Below are positions 12,229 through 33,538 of a stretch of 64,000 bases of DNA, piece after piece (position 1 is the stretch's first letter; each line of letters begins with the position of its first letter). Source of the stretch: Utricularia gibba (taxonomy: Eukaryota; Plantae; Magnoliophyta). Below the pieces are notes generated by a model, which was not told the DNA's origin, ran no database searches, and was given only the letters and a program-made list of their open reading frames with translations. Both the position numbers and the translations under genes were made by a program. The stretch lies in contig CM007992.1 in NCBI GenBank assembly GCA_002189035.1, positions 496,001 through 560,000 of the forward strand, read 5' to 3'.

Positions 12229-12619
12229 TCAAGTAGCAGTTTCATTCAACTGGTGATTCACAACCAGAGGAGGTCGTGTAGCTCGGTGATCAGCTTGTTT
12301 CTGTTTCCGGGCATTGTACATTTCCTCTGTCTCAATCACAACAAGTCTTTTAACCTACATTCATACCAGAAACCATGAACAACACCAAAAAACACAAAAA
12401 GATCGCAACTTTACAAAACTCACAAACCTGTTGAAGCATTCCCCTCACAGTGGGCGTATTCCACCGCATAACAGTGCGGTTACACTTCGTAAGACGCAGG
12501 GCTTCCAATGTGCGTCGATGAAGCCTCCTTGTACCCGGAATTCCTCTCACGAGTGTGATGCACAGGTTAGGGCTCCACGCCACAGGAACATTGGCTTTAA
12601 ACGCTTTGAAAGCGCTCAT
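12229..12619 (-). CDS. RPL30: Mitochondrial ribosomal protein L30 (uL30m), 2 exons
   Basis: MSAFKAFKANVPVAWSPNLCITLVRGIPGTRRLHRRTLEALRLTKCNRTVMRWNTPTVRGMLQQ|VKRLVVIETEEMYNARKQKQADHRATRPPLVVNHQLNETAT*. Confidence 0.92.
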
Positions 12620-12834
12620 CTTTTCCTTCAATCCGTAAACAATTCACCCTAATTCCCCCCATTATCCAACGAACAGAAACAACATCAGCCGTATAAAACG
12701 AAAAACCCAGAAAAAAAACAGGGAATTCTGCGAATTACAGCCGCTACCTGTTCGTATTCGACGAATTACGCAAAAGAATCCGACTTTAGGCATGAACCAA
12801 TACAGCAAAAGGGCCGAAGAAAGAAGATCAAGAA

Positions 12835-12913
12835 TCAAAAGACAGGAATACCCTTTACGTGTAATTAGAAAAAGATTCAAAAGACAGAAATACCCTTTAA
12901 CGGTAATTAGAAA
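12835..12913. repeat. Tandem duplication with a 42-bp period in the uL30m/HIL1 divergent intergenic region
   Basis: tcaaaagacaggaataccctttacgtgtaattagaaa at 12835 recurs as tcaaaagacagaaataccctttaacggtaattagaaa at 12877. Confidence 0.85.
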
Positions 12914-13048
12914 CAATGATGTTTCTAGAATGACCGTTGGGGTTCATAGGCGCCACCCATTTCCGTGCAGCGGCTGGATCCACAGTCATCTCCTTGCTTT
13001 CAAGTTCTCCAGGCGTTGTGTTCGTGTCTAGAAAAACCTCTTCGGCCT

Positions 13049-16000
13049 ATGTCATCTCTTCAATTCCATCTTCATTTTTCGCCTCCTAACTCAAGGGAGT
13101 TTATTTATTTCAAAGGCCCAAGCCCCTGTCTGTTGCCAAAGAAACGCGTATCAATTCGGAGGTTAAATGGGTTGTTTGCACCCAAGTTTACTAATCGCAT
13201 CAAGGCGAATTCCAGAAGTAGCGGCACGGAGATCGAGAAATGTGTTCCAAAGGAAAGTGGAATGCGGAGAACTCCATTTGACATTAACCTCGCTGTCATT
13301 CTTGCTGGTTTTGCTTTTGAGGCTTACGCTACTCCACCGGTAATTGATTCAGCCATCTTTTTTATAATGAATGATGGAAGAAATTGATGGTTTCCCGATT
13401 AGAGTAAGTAGTTTAGAGTTCTATTCGCTACTGTGATTTCTAATTTTTGTGAATGCTTTTATGATCAGGAACAAGTTGGGAACCGTGAAATAGATGCGGC
13501 TAAATGCCAGACGGTGTTCCTTTCACAGTATGTATTTATACGTTAAGGGAACCATGTTTTTATCAAAGAACATTTGTTCACATTCCCAAAGTTTCTTTAC
13601 AGTGTGACAGGAAGTTTAATATTTTCAGGAAATTTGTGCGGGAAATATATGATGGCCAGTTATTTGTTAAGCTACAGAAAGGTCTTGATTTCCCTGCAAT
13701 GGATCCATGGGTACCTTTTTTGTTTCTTTGTATGTTTCCCTCGTATAACTTTGGAATGTAGTGTAAGACTTATATGAGGGTAATTTTGAACTTGCAGGGA
13801 ACCAGTGACCCATATGTAATTTTGCAACTGGATTCTCAGGTAGTTCATAGTAAGATCAAATGGGGGTAAGATGCTTTTAATGCGCATTTTTTTGCTGCAT
13901 GGGATTGTTTCATGGTGTCATGTGTTACACGTTCCATTTGAAAAGAGTGCTATTTGAAACTGTTCAAATATCGCTTCGAATGGATTTTGATGTTCCGTTT
14001 GTGGATGTAACAGAACAAAAGAACCAATATGGAATGAGGACTTCACATTAAATATCAAGCAATCGCAAATGAAAAATCTTCAGGTTCTTTTCTTTGCATT
14101 TTCTGTATATTTATTATTTCTTCGTGTATGCCACCCACAGCATCGACGTTCATGAATTGTCTCAGCGTAGCTGCTACTGTGGATGCAGAAATGCTTCTTT
14201 CTTCTTCTGTTTAGTCAAATTTATAAATTGTTATTTAGGTTGCCGCTTGGGATGCTAACTTAGTCACTCCACACAAACGCATGGGAAATGCATCTATTGA
14301 TTTGGAAAACCTTTGTGATGGTATGATGCATAAGCTTGTACCATCGTTAACTTTTTTTATTCTCAATCTGCAGGCATTCTGTATGTAGTGTTAAGTTAAA
14401 TTTCTTTGAACTTGCCTTCTTTTATAGGTAAAGAAGCTATTACAAAACTGGGTGAACTGTAATATTTTCTTTTTTGGAAAAAGCTAACGCATATGTCCTG
14501 GTAGGGGATGCCCACGAAGTGCTTGTGGAGTTGGAAGGGATGGGAGGTGGTGGAAAGATAGTGCTAGAGGTAATGAAGCGTAGGCTTGAAGTTTGATGGT
14601 TTTTTGATCAGCACAATCTGAACTCTGAATCATGATGGAGACAAATGTTAACTGTGGCAGTTTTGGAACTACGACTAATTTCTCAGTAGATATAGTTAGT
14701 AGGATAGTGTATGAGGTATTTGAATTATCCTATTCTGAACTTTATTTTTGATACTGATCTGGTGTAGATCAAGTACAAGAGCTTTGGGAAAATTGATGAT
14801 GAAAAAATATGGTGGAAGATTCCAATTGTGACCGAATTTCTTCAAAAACATGGTTTTGAACCAGCACTTAAGATGATTCTTGGGTCTGAAGCTATAGAGG
14901 CTCGTGAGTTCGCAAAGCTTGCATTTGCACGACTAAAATCTCTGAATGATTCTTACTTGCGGGGTGATTGGTTACTGAGTAGTAATTCATCTGAAGACAC
15001 TAATACCAGTTGGAAAGAGAATCAGGAGGAAGAAAAAATTGAAAAGGCTTCCACATCATATGAGCTTGAGGTTGGAACAGAAAATAATGCTGCAGATAGC
15101 ACGCATGAATCCTCTCAAGGCCATCAAGTTGAGGATGGATCCTCGTCCCTGAAGCAATTCTGGAAGGTGTTATCAGAATCTGTAAATCTCAGTGTTGTTC
15201 AAAAGCTTGGTGTACCAGTTCCTGAGAATATAAAGTGGGATGGATTTGAATTGTTAAAGAATATTGGTCTGCAGTCCCTTGAAAATGCGGAGGCTGTTTA
15301 CGTAGAGTCTGGTCTTGCAACTCCAAACAATCAAGAGGTAGCTGATACTGATAAAAATGATAGATCAGTTACCATGAGCGCTAATCAGGCCTCTTTGCCA
15401 GACATCCAAACATTAACTCGAGATATCTTGAGGCAGACTGATTCCATTTTAGGAGGAATAATGGTTTTAAATGCCGCAGCTTCTAAGTTGAAGGAAGGTG
15501 CCATTTCATTCGCCATGGGTGAAAATGCTAAGAGTGTGAAAACAGGGGAAGAAGCAGAAGGTGGTATACTGAAGAGCGGACCTAGTGAGTTCATACTGGG
15601 AGAGAAGGAAGCTGAAGAAATGAGGGCACTTTTTTCAACAGCAGAGAGTGCCATGGAGGCATGGGCAATGCTTGCAAATGCACTAGGCCATCCTTCATTA
15701 ATTAAATCTGAATTTGAAAAGATTTGTTTCTTGGATAATTCAGAAACAGACACTCAGGCAAGTTTTTATCTCATCTTACTGTACACATTTTTTTTCAAAC
15801 AGAACCACCAATATCAGATTCCATCTTTCTTCATGTATGAGATTCGATGATATTATCTACTATGAATACAGGTAGCTGTTTGGCGTGATACCAAAGGAAA
15901 ACGGCTTGTAATAGCATTCAGGGGAACCGAGCAAGTAAACACTTTGTTTCCTTTTCTTATTTTGGTAATGTTTTTCCTGTTTATGTTGAGGTTTCCCTAT

Positions 16001-17491
16001 TTTGTGGATTCCAGTCCCGTTGGAAGGATTTGATGACTGACTTGATGCTTGTACCCGCAGGGTAATGCTTTTATTTTGTCAAAAAAGATCATTTTTCTTT
16101 GTTTTTGCAATTTTCAGTCTTTCCATTCACATGCTTTCGATATTTTGGAGTTAATAGTAAGTAAAAAAAAACGCCAAAAACAAAAAAGATTTTTCCTTCA
16201 CATGGCCTCTTCTTTTGGTGCAGATTGAATCCAGAGAGAATAGGCGGTGATTTTAAGCAAGAAATTCAGGCAGGATTAGTTTTTATCATGGACATCCCCT
16301 TATGTATTCTGGGATCTAGTCTTAATAAGTCATTTCTGACCATAAAACTTTCAGGTTCACAGTGGTTTTCTGAAAGCATATGATTCGGTCAGGACGAGGC
16401 TTCTTTCGCTCATCAAACAAGCTACTGATCACAGGTGAATTGGAGCAAGAAATCGGAGATTTTTTCGAATACAAATTGTACAATTTACATTATATTTCTT
16501 ATTCAAGGTTTCATCCGTTGTTTTAGTGATGAAGTTTCAGAGCAGTCGCCCCTGCCCAGATGGCACATCTTTGTCACTGGACATAGTTTGGGAGGTGCCT
16601 TGGCTACCCTTCTTGCCCTCGAATTATCATCATCGCAGCTTGCAAAGTGAGTTCCTTAGATTCTTGAATGACTCTTTTTCTCTCATCTCAAGATCCATAC
16701 TTACCTCCCAGATGCATCCCTCCCATTTTCTATCCTTCAAATTTTGATTCTCTGCAAACTCATCGTTTAATTTTTTTTTACCAGGCAAGAAGCAATTACT
16801 GTCACGATGTATAACTTTGGTTCCCCTAGAGTTGGAAATAGAAGATTTGCAGAACTCTACAATGAGGTAATTTTCTTGTTATATTAACTGCAGACCCTCC
16901 ATGAACGTTAATGACGACCTTTTTTTTTTGAGCTTCTGAGACTATCCATTACAGGTTTAGATTGTCTGGATGTGCCTTCATACTTTCAACCTTCTATTTT
17001 TTTGATCTTCTGCAACGTACACAGGAAGTTGAGGATAGCTGGAGGATTGTGAACCACCGTGACATAATACCCACAGTCCCTCGCCTCATGGGATACTGCC
17101 ATGTTGCTCAGCCAGTTTATTTGGCCGCTGGAGATCTCAGAAACCCGACGGTACATTGTTATATCATCATGCAATCTCATTGAATACACAGTCACTGTCT
17201 TCCAGGTTCCATCAGAGTCAGCTGAACCCACCATTTGTTAGCTACCAGTCTCCTCTCAGCTCTCTTCTTAGTCTTTCCTTTTCAAAAGGTTATTCAATGT
17301 ATCCTGAACAATGTTCGCAGGAGACTTTGGATCTTCTAGAAGATGGATATCAAGGCGATGTGATTGGTGAAGCAACGCCAGATGTCCTTGTCACCGAATT
17401 CGTAAGTTTCTATGATCACCTCTGAAGCAATAGTCTGTCTTAGAGTATTTGCAACGAACTATTTTCACGATATGCCTCATCCTTGGCGCTA

Positions 17492-17524
<33 letters not shown>

Positions 17525-17903
17525 AAAAAGTGGTTAAAACATTTTCGGTTTCTCAGGTTGGAATCAAAAGTTGACAGAGTAGTTAAACCGAGCCATGTAT
17601 CCTGGTTCCCATGCCTACTCAGCCTTCATTACCTTCTGATTGGTACCTATTTTGGCAGATGAGAGGGAGAGGGAACTTTTGGAGAACATACTGAACACAG
17701 AAATTAGCATCTTCCGTGCCATTAGAGATGGGAGTGCCCTCATGCAGCATATGGAGGATTTCTATTACATTACACTTCTTGAGGTATGTGCCAGGTTTCT
17801 CTTTGTTGGTTTTAGACCATAGAATGATTCGTGTACACATTTTGTGAACTTTCAGAGTGTCCGATCTAATCATCAGATGGCCCGAAGACCTCCGATGAGC
17901 TGA
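13049..17903 (+). CDS. HIL1: C2-domain class-3 lipase, chloroplastic (HEAT INDUCIBLE LIPASE1-like); about 17 exons, two GC-AG introns, one apparent 1-nt frameshift at 17665-17667
   Basis: PFDINLAVILAGFAFEAY; C2 domain GTSDPYV...EPIWNEDF...VAAWDANLVTPHKRMGNA; VIAFRGTEQ; VHSGFLKAYDSVR; GHSLGG nucleophile motif; YNFGSPRVGN; WRIVNHRDIIPTVP; ALMQHMEDFYYITLLE. Confidence 0.9.
17493..17522. repeat. Poly(A)30 tract inside a HIL1 intron
   Basis: 30 consecutive A read directly. Confidence 0.9.
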
Positions 17904-18274
17904 AAAGAAATCTTAGACATGGATTGGTAGCCTGTAGATATCATACATACACCAAGGGGAACATTATGGCTGTAGATAAACTCAATGACGAGGTCATATA
18001 ATAAACTGAACAAGCAAATTCATTCTGCAGTATCAGATCGAATTCACAAGCTTGAAGTCCAGACTGCATTGAAGCTCGAAAGCAAAGCAATGGTTTCCAT
18101 TTCAACTGTGTGAACCCAAGGGCCAAAACAGTATCATATGATCATAAGGCAACAAAAGCCTTGGCAGTTTTTTCAGCATTATCATAGCATGATTTCATCA
18201 CCGCAATATGGCAATTGAGAAGGATACATATGAGCTTACTAAATGCCATTGGCTGCGTTCCTGAGTGCAATGGT

Positions 18275-19225
18275 TTACCAAATGTCGGGCCTGATCTCAC
18301 CAGTTGCTGGAGGCATCCATCTTCCGGAGTGGTACACATTTTCTCCCACTTTCCAGCCGGGAACATTTTTCATAATCCTTGCCTCCTCTTCTAGATAACT
18401 TTTCCATTCCTTCAAAAATCTGAAGAGGGCATAGGCCATTCCTTAGAATCAGATAATAACGCTATAGCCAGGGAAAACTGATATAAAGTGAAATCACCTT
18501 TATCTTCTTCAGCTTGGAGCACTGGCAATATGGCCCTCCTAGCATCATATTTTTCTTCCTTCAATGCACTGTGCAGTAGTAAAGTTTCCAAATAAAGTTC
18601 TGAGTGACACATCCCAACAATCACATATACAAGTGGAGTCATACAAGAGCAACAGAGAATCAAAATGATAAAAAGGCATGAAAAATTACAATTTTCATAC
18701 ACAATCACATGACATTTCATAACACGTTAGATGCTGAAATTTCAAAGACATGCTCTTTAGAGGAAAAACAGGGCGGTGTTAAAAAACTTTGAGCACGAAA
18801 TGTGTTGAAGCACGTAGTAACAGAATACTCCAGCAGAATACGTCAAACCAGAACAAACTTCGTTTTTTATTTATTTATTTTTTATCCCAGACATTCAAAT
18901 CAATCTCCTAAATTTCTCAGAAGCCCACGGACACCCAAAAGTTCAAACCCAAATCGAACTACAAATCACACCAATCCAAGAGCGAACTCGATGTAATGGG
19001 CTACATCGCACCTGCGGATCTTGTTTCCTTGGCCTACCTGGTACATTCCTCACGAGAAAGCTCCAAATGCACCGAGAAAAATGACGACAGCGCTTGGGCC
19101 TTTATTAGGTATCCGCCGCGCAAATCTGACCGGCGCGAAACCCCCGGAGGCGGACCGTCCTGCAACACCGGCATATCCTTCACACTTGCCATTCCCTTCT
19201 TGTTCCTAATCACCGCCTCCGTCAT
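18275..19225 (-). pseudogene. NDUFA13: NADH dehydrogenase 1 alpha subcomplex subunit 13 (B16.6/GRIM-19), 3 exons, disrupted in this sequence by two 1-nt deletions and one in-frame TGA
   Basis: [28 protein letters not shown][frameshift 19141-19145][41 protein letters not shown] (TGA at 19050-19052 where W is expected)|ALKEEKYDARRAILPVLQAEED[frameshift ~18499-18501]|[48 protein letters not shown]. Gene identity is certain; pseudogene versus assembly error is not. Confidence 0.7.
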
Positions 19226-19376
19226 CCTTCCGCCCTCAACTCCACCTCTCTGAAGATCGGAAACTGAAAAATTCCAAAAATAATAAAAAAAAAAACAACA
19301 AAATATTTTTCGAAGTTCTCAGAATAATATAAATATATATATGTGAACTAAAGTCGCAGTTACCAAACCAGGCGTA

Positions 19377-19407
19377 AAACCCTAAAAAACGGCTGTACTA
19401 AAACCCT
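19377..19407. promoter_or_regulatory. Telo-box motifs in the 307-bp NDUFA13/CPN60 head-to-head interval
   Basis: AAACCCTAA at 19377-19385 and AAACCCT at 19401-19407. Confidence 0.5.
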
Positions 19408-19532
19408 TGGAGCCTCCTGCTAGACTCTTCCGTTCTGTTATTCATCTCGGTGCACTTTCCGTCACCACGCCCATTAGCTTCTAGTCGCTTTTTTGTTTCC
19501 ACTCGAAGTTGCTTTTGAAAAGATCGAGAAAT

Positions 19533-22998
<3,466 letters not shown>

Positions 22999-23823
22999 AG
23001 CCCCCTCGGCGTTTCAGCCGGTCGTTGCATTCAAATCAGCCAAAATTGGTATTTTGGATTTTTTTTTATTGGTTACATATATAATTTATTAATATTTTTC
23101 AATTGTTTATTTAAATAAATAATATAAATTAGTAATTAATAAGAGGTGTTCTAAAGCGCGTTTTAAAATGATTGATTTTTGAAGTTGTGATTTTTTGGGA
23201 TTTGGTACAAGAATTTTTTATAAAAATTAAATTGAAAAATATTGGTTTATTTTTATAATATTTATTTAAATTATTAAAAGATGCATAAATTCCAATTAAC
23301 TCTGTTAATTTGATTCTCTAAATCAATTAATCCAATTGCGCATGATAATATTATTATAATAAAATATATTCGAAAAATTCCAACATTATTCATGTATGTG
23401 GCTGGAATCACATGGTTGGATTCTTGAAATTCAAATGGGATGAATTTGATTATCTCGATTTAAAGTAGTCATTTAGAAAAGTAATTATTGTTATATTCTC
23501 TTTCACACACTTAGTCAAAAAAAATGTACACAAGTCATCTTTTCATACTGATAAATTCATCCTGATTTTTTTAAAGAGGTGGATCGTTAGTTTTAATTAA
23601 TATAATTTTTTTATTTTGTTTAAAAATGGATGAAATTATTTAGTAAATAAATAATTTGGATTGGGTTTTCGAAATTTATGTCGGAGTCATTTATTATATA
23701 GAATTCAAAGTAGAAAAAGATATCTCACCTTGAATTGAAATTCAATTCGAATATAATTTGGGGTCACAATAACTTCATCGTCATTCCTACTTCCCAATCT
23801 TTGACCGTCGAGTGCGAAGAAGA

Positions 23824-24898
23824 ATGAAAGATTGGAGTGAGTTGCCGGAGGTTCCATTTCTGGCGGCGGCGGAGGAGGAGGAGCTCATCAATTTTGATTT
23901 CGATTTTGAGTCGCTCATCAAGTTGTCGTCGTCGTCCTCAGCCTCCGCGGACGTGACGGACTCGCTCGGCTGTGGGTTCACTTCGCCGGTAAGCAATTTT
24001 GCGTTCTGTTTTAGGTTCCGATGAGAATTTGCGCCGACGACTTTTCATTTTTTGTTCTTTTTCCGACGACGTGGTTGGTAATGGTCACTGAAGTGGCGCA
24101 GCTTTTGCCTTTTCAAAAGACGCTTTTGCCCTTTTTTTGGTGACACGAAGCTCGTCCAATAGGCGTGAGCCAACTGGAACGCGGCTCGATAAGGCGGGCC
24201 CCACTGTGGAATTATTTTTTTTTTCGAATTTATCGCTGAAATTTATTAATTTCGTGTTGGACGTGGTTGGTTCCGGTGCAGGAAGGGATAGTTGAAGAGG
24301 AACTGGAGTGGCTTTCGAATAAAGACGCTTTTCCGGCGATCGAGTCTTGCTTTGGCATTCTTTCCGACAATCCGGAGCTGATTCTGACCCACCGGAGCCC
24401 GGATACAGTTCTCCGAGACAGCAACAGCAACACCAATTCTACTACGCTCGTCACTTCCTGCAGCGGCACTGACGGAAGCAGAGTTCCTCCGAACCCCGTC
24501 CGCCATCGCAGCACCAGTCGGCGCAAACCGAGAACCGATTTCCGAGCATTCTCCGTTGATCAATCCTCCAAATCGACCGTGGAAAACACAACTCAGTCAC
24601 CGGAAACCAAAACCACTGGGCGAAGCTGCCTGCACTGCGGTTCAGAAACCACCCCCAATGGCGCGCAGGACCGCTGGGTCCCAAAACTCTCTGCAATGCC
24701 TGTGGAGTCCGGTACAAGTCCGGTAGGTTACTTCCGGAGTACCGGCCTGCAAATAGTCCGACGTTCTCGAGCGCTCTGCACTCCAATTCGCATCGGAAAG
24801 TGGTTGAGATGAGAAAGATGAAGCAGCTAGGCGAAGAAGGCGGAAGCTCCGGCTCCGGTTCCGCTTCTATTTACAGTATTTATCATTTGAGCTCTTAA
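23824..24898 (+). CDS. GATA transcription factor (class A, GATA1-like), 2 exons; apparent 1-nt deletion at 24652-24656 inside the zinc finger
   Basis: [18 protein letters not shown]; [10 protein letters not shown][shift][54 protein letters not shown]. Confidence 0.9.
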
Positions 24899-25166
24899 TA
24901 AAATATCAGAGGGTTTTGTTTCCTTAAATATCGTTCTCGTCTTTCCTTTTTTGGAAACTTAGGAGTCGGATTGCTATATGAGAAGTCTTTATTTATATCT
25001 CATTTTGTATCTTACTATATATATATAAAAAAATGAGTCGGAATTACTATGACCTTCGGCAAGGCTGAATTCAAACCGGGTCTGATCCTGAAATCGGGTT
25101 TGTATCCGGGTTTGACCCGAACCTGAAATCATTCGTTCGAAAAACTGAGATTACCCTGACTATCTG

Positions 25167-27784
25167 CTAATCTCCATCTCCATTCCTGGAAGATCTGTGC
25201 TGTTGAATCACTAGAACTGAACCACCAAGATCGAAGTCTGAAGAAGCTAAGTAATCTCCAACTTTACCAAGCTCTGGGCATTCTTCCCAGTCACTCAGCC
25301 CAATGGTTAATGAGTTGCATCCTGCTCCCTTCCCAACTATAAACATTGAGTACATGTCTGCCATATCTCTCAAAGCAGCTGCGGTTTCTTCTCCATTTTC
25401 TACATGCTTCTCTACGTATCCTACTTGTCCTGATGTTACATACCTGTGCCAGCCCCATGTCATGATGATGATTATAAGAGAGTGAGCTTCATCTGAGTGT
25501 TTGTTAAACTTACCTGTTGAAGAAATCTGACATGGCTTTGTTATCCATGTCGTTTTCCGGCAGGCGGCTGGATATTTCGAGCAGCACATCTCTGTCCTGG
25601 TAAGCTACCTCAATGTCGTTGCTTCCCAGTTTCTGTGATGCGTGGAGGAATCTTATGACTGTGAGGCTGACATGGTGGTGCATGCCTAGGCGTTTGCTGA
25701 GCCCCAGTGCTTCACGGTCATCCGGCCCACCAAAAAACAGCACCGCCACATGCTCTAGTGATGCACCGGCGGTGAGTCCACGGTCGACCAGAATGGCGAC
25801 GGAGCACTTTGCAAACCGGAGGACTTTCTGGTTTGTAGTCCTGATTCCTTCCTTGCCACTCTCCAGTTTTCCATCTATTCTTTGATGCTTGTGGAAAGGT
25901 AGAATGATGAAGGATGTTCTTGAGTCCTCTGCAAATTCACATATCTCGGAGTACATTCTTGCATATGGAGCAACAACTTTGGACTGACGGATATTCACCC
26001 CAGTTTCAAATGCGAAAATGTCTACTACTTCGTTGATCTCCACCTCATCGTTGCCGCCATAATCATCATCATCATCATCATCACTGAGTTCATCTTCTTC
26101 CTTCTGGTGGTAAAGCAAGTGGGTCTTGGTTTTTTCAGGGAGCTCGATCAGGTGCATCAGATAAGGAGTGATGGCAATGCTTTCAGATGTGAAGGTTGCA
26201 ACCAGGCCTATCATTGTTGTCAGAGGACGAGGATTATGCACACAAGCCAGCAGCTTCAATTCACTCTCTGGTGATTGGCATTCAAAAGCCACATGTGTGT
26301 AGCCAAGGATATTGCTCTCATTTTTCACCACGGAAGCGATTATGGGTCCCCAAATCAAGGAATTGACTACAACCGCAGCCACCATCAAGTTGTAGAACAA
26401 CTGACTGGACACAACCTGCATCAATGATTTAGTTCTCAGATCAGCACCTGCAAACCAAACCATCGAACAAGTTGATGCTACCTACTTTGTCTTCAAGAAC
26501 AATGGTGAGGGCAAGCAAGTCAACATGGCCCTTCAGGTTCATAAGGAAAGCAAGGTGCACCCCTTCATTAGGAGGAATTTTGAGGTGAAAGCAGGCAGCC
26601 AGTATGCCAGTTACCTTACCTCCAATGCTCAAAAGAATAAGGATAGCAACGATTCCGAAGCCACGGAGGTTGCCCATATAAGTTACATCTGCCTTGAACC
26701 CACTACACCCGAAGTATACTGGGAGTACAAAGTTATGAACTGTGTATGTCAGCTTTGTCAAGAGAGTGCGACCAGTTTTGCCACCTCTAGGAAACATGGC
26801 ACCAATGAGGAAACAAGCAATGATGCTGCTGAATCCCATGGTTTCCAGAGACATGGCAGCAACAAAAAAGATTGCCAAAAGAACAAAAAGCTCAGTGTTC
26901 TTGAGATACTTGTGATTCCTATTCCTTCTATTCAGCCAATTGGCCACATATCTGTTGACCAAAACAACTGCAAAAATAATAGCAAAGTAGAGAATTGCCA
27001 AGAAAAACCAGGTCGAAAACGCATCGCCGCGCTTGTTCCTTGACATCACAATCAACAAGACGGCAGCATAGCCATCACATACCATTGAGCAAGATATAGC
27101 CAACCTCCCAAGATCCGTGCTCGCAAACTTCAGATCATGAGCCAGGCGGACAACGAAAGGCCCAGCTGTGTTGGATAATATTATGGCTAAAGTCAATGCC
27201 ATCATGAAGGGAGAGCCATGTGCTCCGATGTCTTCATATATGAAGGTCGTCGCAGCTAACGCAAATACGGTACAAACCAAACAGCTCGCACCGGAAATGA
27301 CGCCTGTTGCATAGAAATTGCGCCGCACATACGCAATATCCGCCTCAAGTCCGATCAGGAACATTATGATCATTCTGGCGTACAGAACCATGGTCTCGTA
27401 GTATTCGGTTGAGTTATAGAAGAAGAAAGTCTTCACACTGTTTATGTGCGATAAACACGAAGGCCCAAGCACGAATCCCGACTGCATCAACATTGCAGAA
27501 ACAACATCAGCAACCAAAAAAAAAAGAAGCCCTTGAAATACGCCTCCCTCGTGTTCAATTTCTCGATCTCGCAACGAACACAATCAGGAAGAAAGAATTG
27601 CAGATATTCCTGTGAGTTCCGATGACGTACTTACGAGAATCTGGGCAAGGGGCGCCGGTTGGCCGAGCGGCTTCAACAGAATCTGGAAAAAATGCGAAAT
27701 AACCAGAAGACAAGAAACTTGGGTCCCCATCGCAAGGACAGGATTGAAAAACTCCCCTTTCCCCAAGCAGTCGCCGTAATCCAT
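25167..27784 (-). CDS. Cation/H+ antiporter (CPA2/CHX family, CHX1/2/28-like), 4 exons
   Basis: FNPVLAMGTQVSCLLVISHFFQILLKPLGQPAPLAQIL; multi-TM domain with FLMNLKGHVDL; CSVAILVDRG; LFFGGPDDREAL; WEECPELGKVGDYLASSDF...SVLVIQQ. Confidence 0.93.
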
Positions 27785-28431
27785 TTCATTCGAACTCCAC
27801 CGCCTTCTACTCCGATCTGGATCCCTCCATGCACCGATGTTCTGCAACACAATCTCCACGCTTCTGCTTCATGCATCATCAACTCTGTTCTATATTTAGA
27901 ATCCGTAGGCAGTGAAAAACCGTGGCAGCTCCAATATTTTCATTATTTAGATATAAATTATTATATGATTAACTGATATATATATATAACTAAATGTATA
28001 CATAATAAATTATATTATACTTAAATATATTAATATTTTACTATCAAACAAACTCTATATTTCAAGTAATCCAAAAATTCAAAACTATATCACCAAATAG
28101 ACAGTGAATTATCCAAAATAGTTTAATTGCAATAATTAAACATCTAAAAAAAATTCAATCATGATTTAAATTTCTTAAGCACCAATGCAACTTCAATCCA
28201 AGCACACCAAAAACCTGAGCTGTTAAGTTATATGACAAGAGCCCATGTAATAATCTTGGGAAGGGATCCCAGAGCAAGATGCAGCAGTAGTTGCCTGTGT
28301 ACACTTGCAGGTATCCTTGGAACAATAATGCATTCTGATGGTAGTTGATATTCCGGCTCCTTGTGTTTGATCCCGAAAACTCAATGCAAATAATTTTGAA
28401 AACTGCGGTAGCCAAGTGGAGAAAAATGACC

Positions 28432-32736
<4,305 letters not shown>

Positions 32737-33538
32737 CTAACAAATGAGCAGATTCAACGTTAACCCACCAGCCTACCCCTTTTGTCAAATGTTTTAAGCT
32801 AAAATGCATTTAAATTCAACTATTTTCAAAATAATTTTAGAATTAATTCTAATTAAATAGCCTTTTTTTAAAAAAAATTATTATTTGTTAACAAAACTAT
32901 TTTATATATTTTTAAAAAATATTAGATTTTATTTAAAATATTACAAATATAACAATTTATTCTATATTTAGTTTTGATTATTCAATTTTTATGTTATTAT
33001 GTTTTTTCAAAAGGTATTATCCTAAATTAGAGAAGATATTTCTATAATAAAAAGAAAAGATATTTCTATATAAATTTTATTAGAAAACCTTATCTAAGAT
33101 TAAAAAAATTATTTCTATATAAACTATCTCTCATTCTTAATAAATCATGTTCGATTTTATTAAATAGTGTGTTAGAAAATTCAAGAATCTAACATATGTT
33201 TTTTTTTATTTTGTTTATTATTAGTAACTTATGTCTTAACTGGTTGGCAGACAAATCACACGCCTTTTTCGCCTATAAAAAATTGTAAATGAAAAATAAA
33301 TATATTGGATTTATTCGGTGTGAAATAAATATCCAATTTTACATTCTCTATTTAATGGATTCGAATTTTAATATTTAAAGAAAATATGGGATTTTGGTTG
33401 TTTATGTAACAAAATTATTTTTAAAACGACATTACAAGGACAAACTTAAAACCCTAATTTTACGACAACGCCCACTAATTTGGGAGACAGACACAACAGC
33501 ATTATTGAAACCTAGAAACAACCGACGGATTCAGTCCC

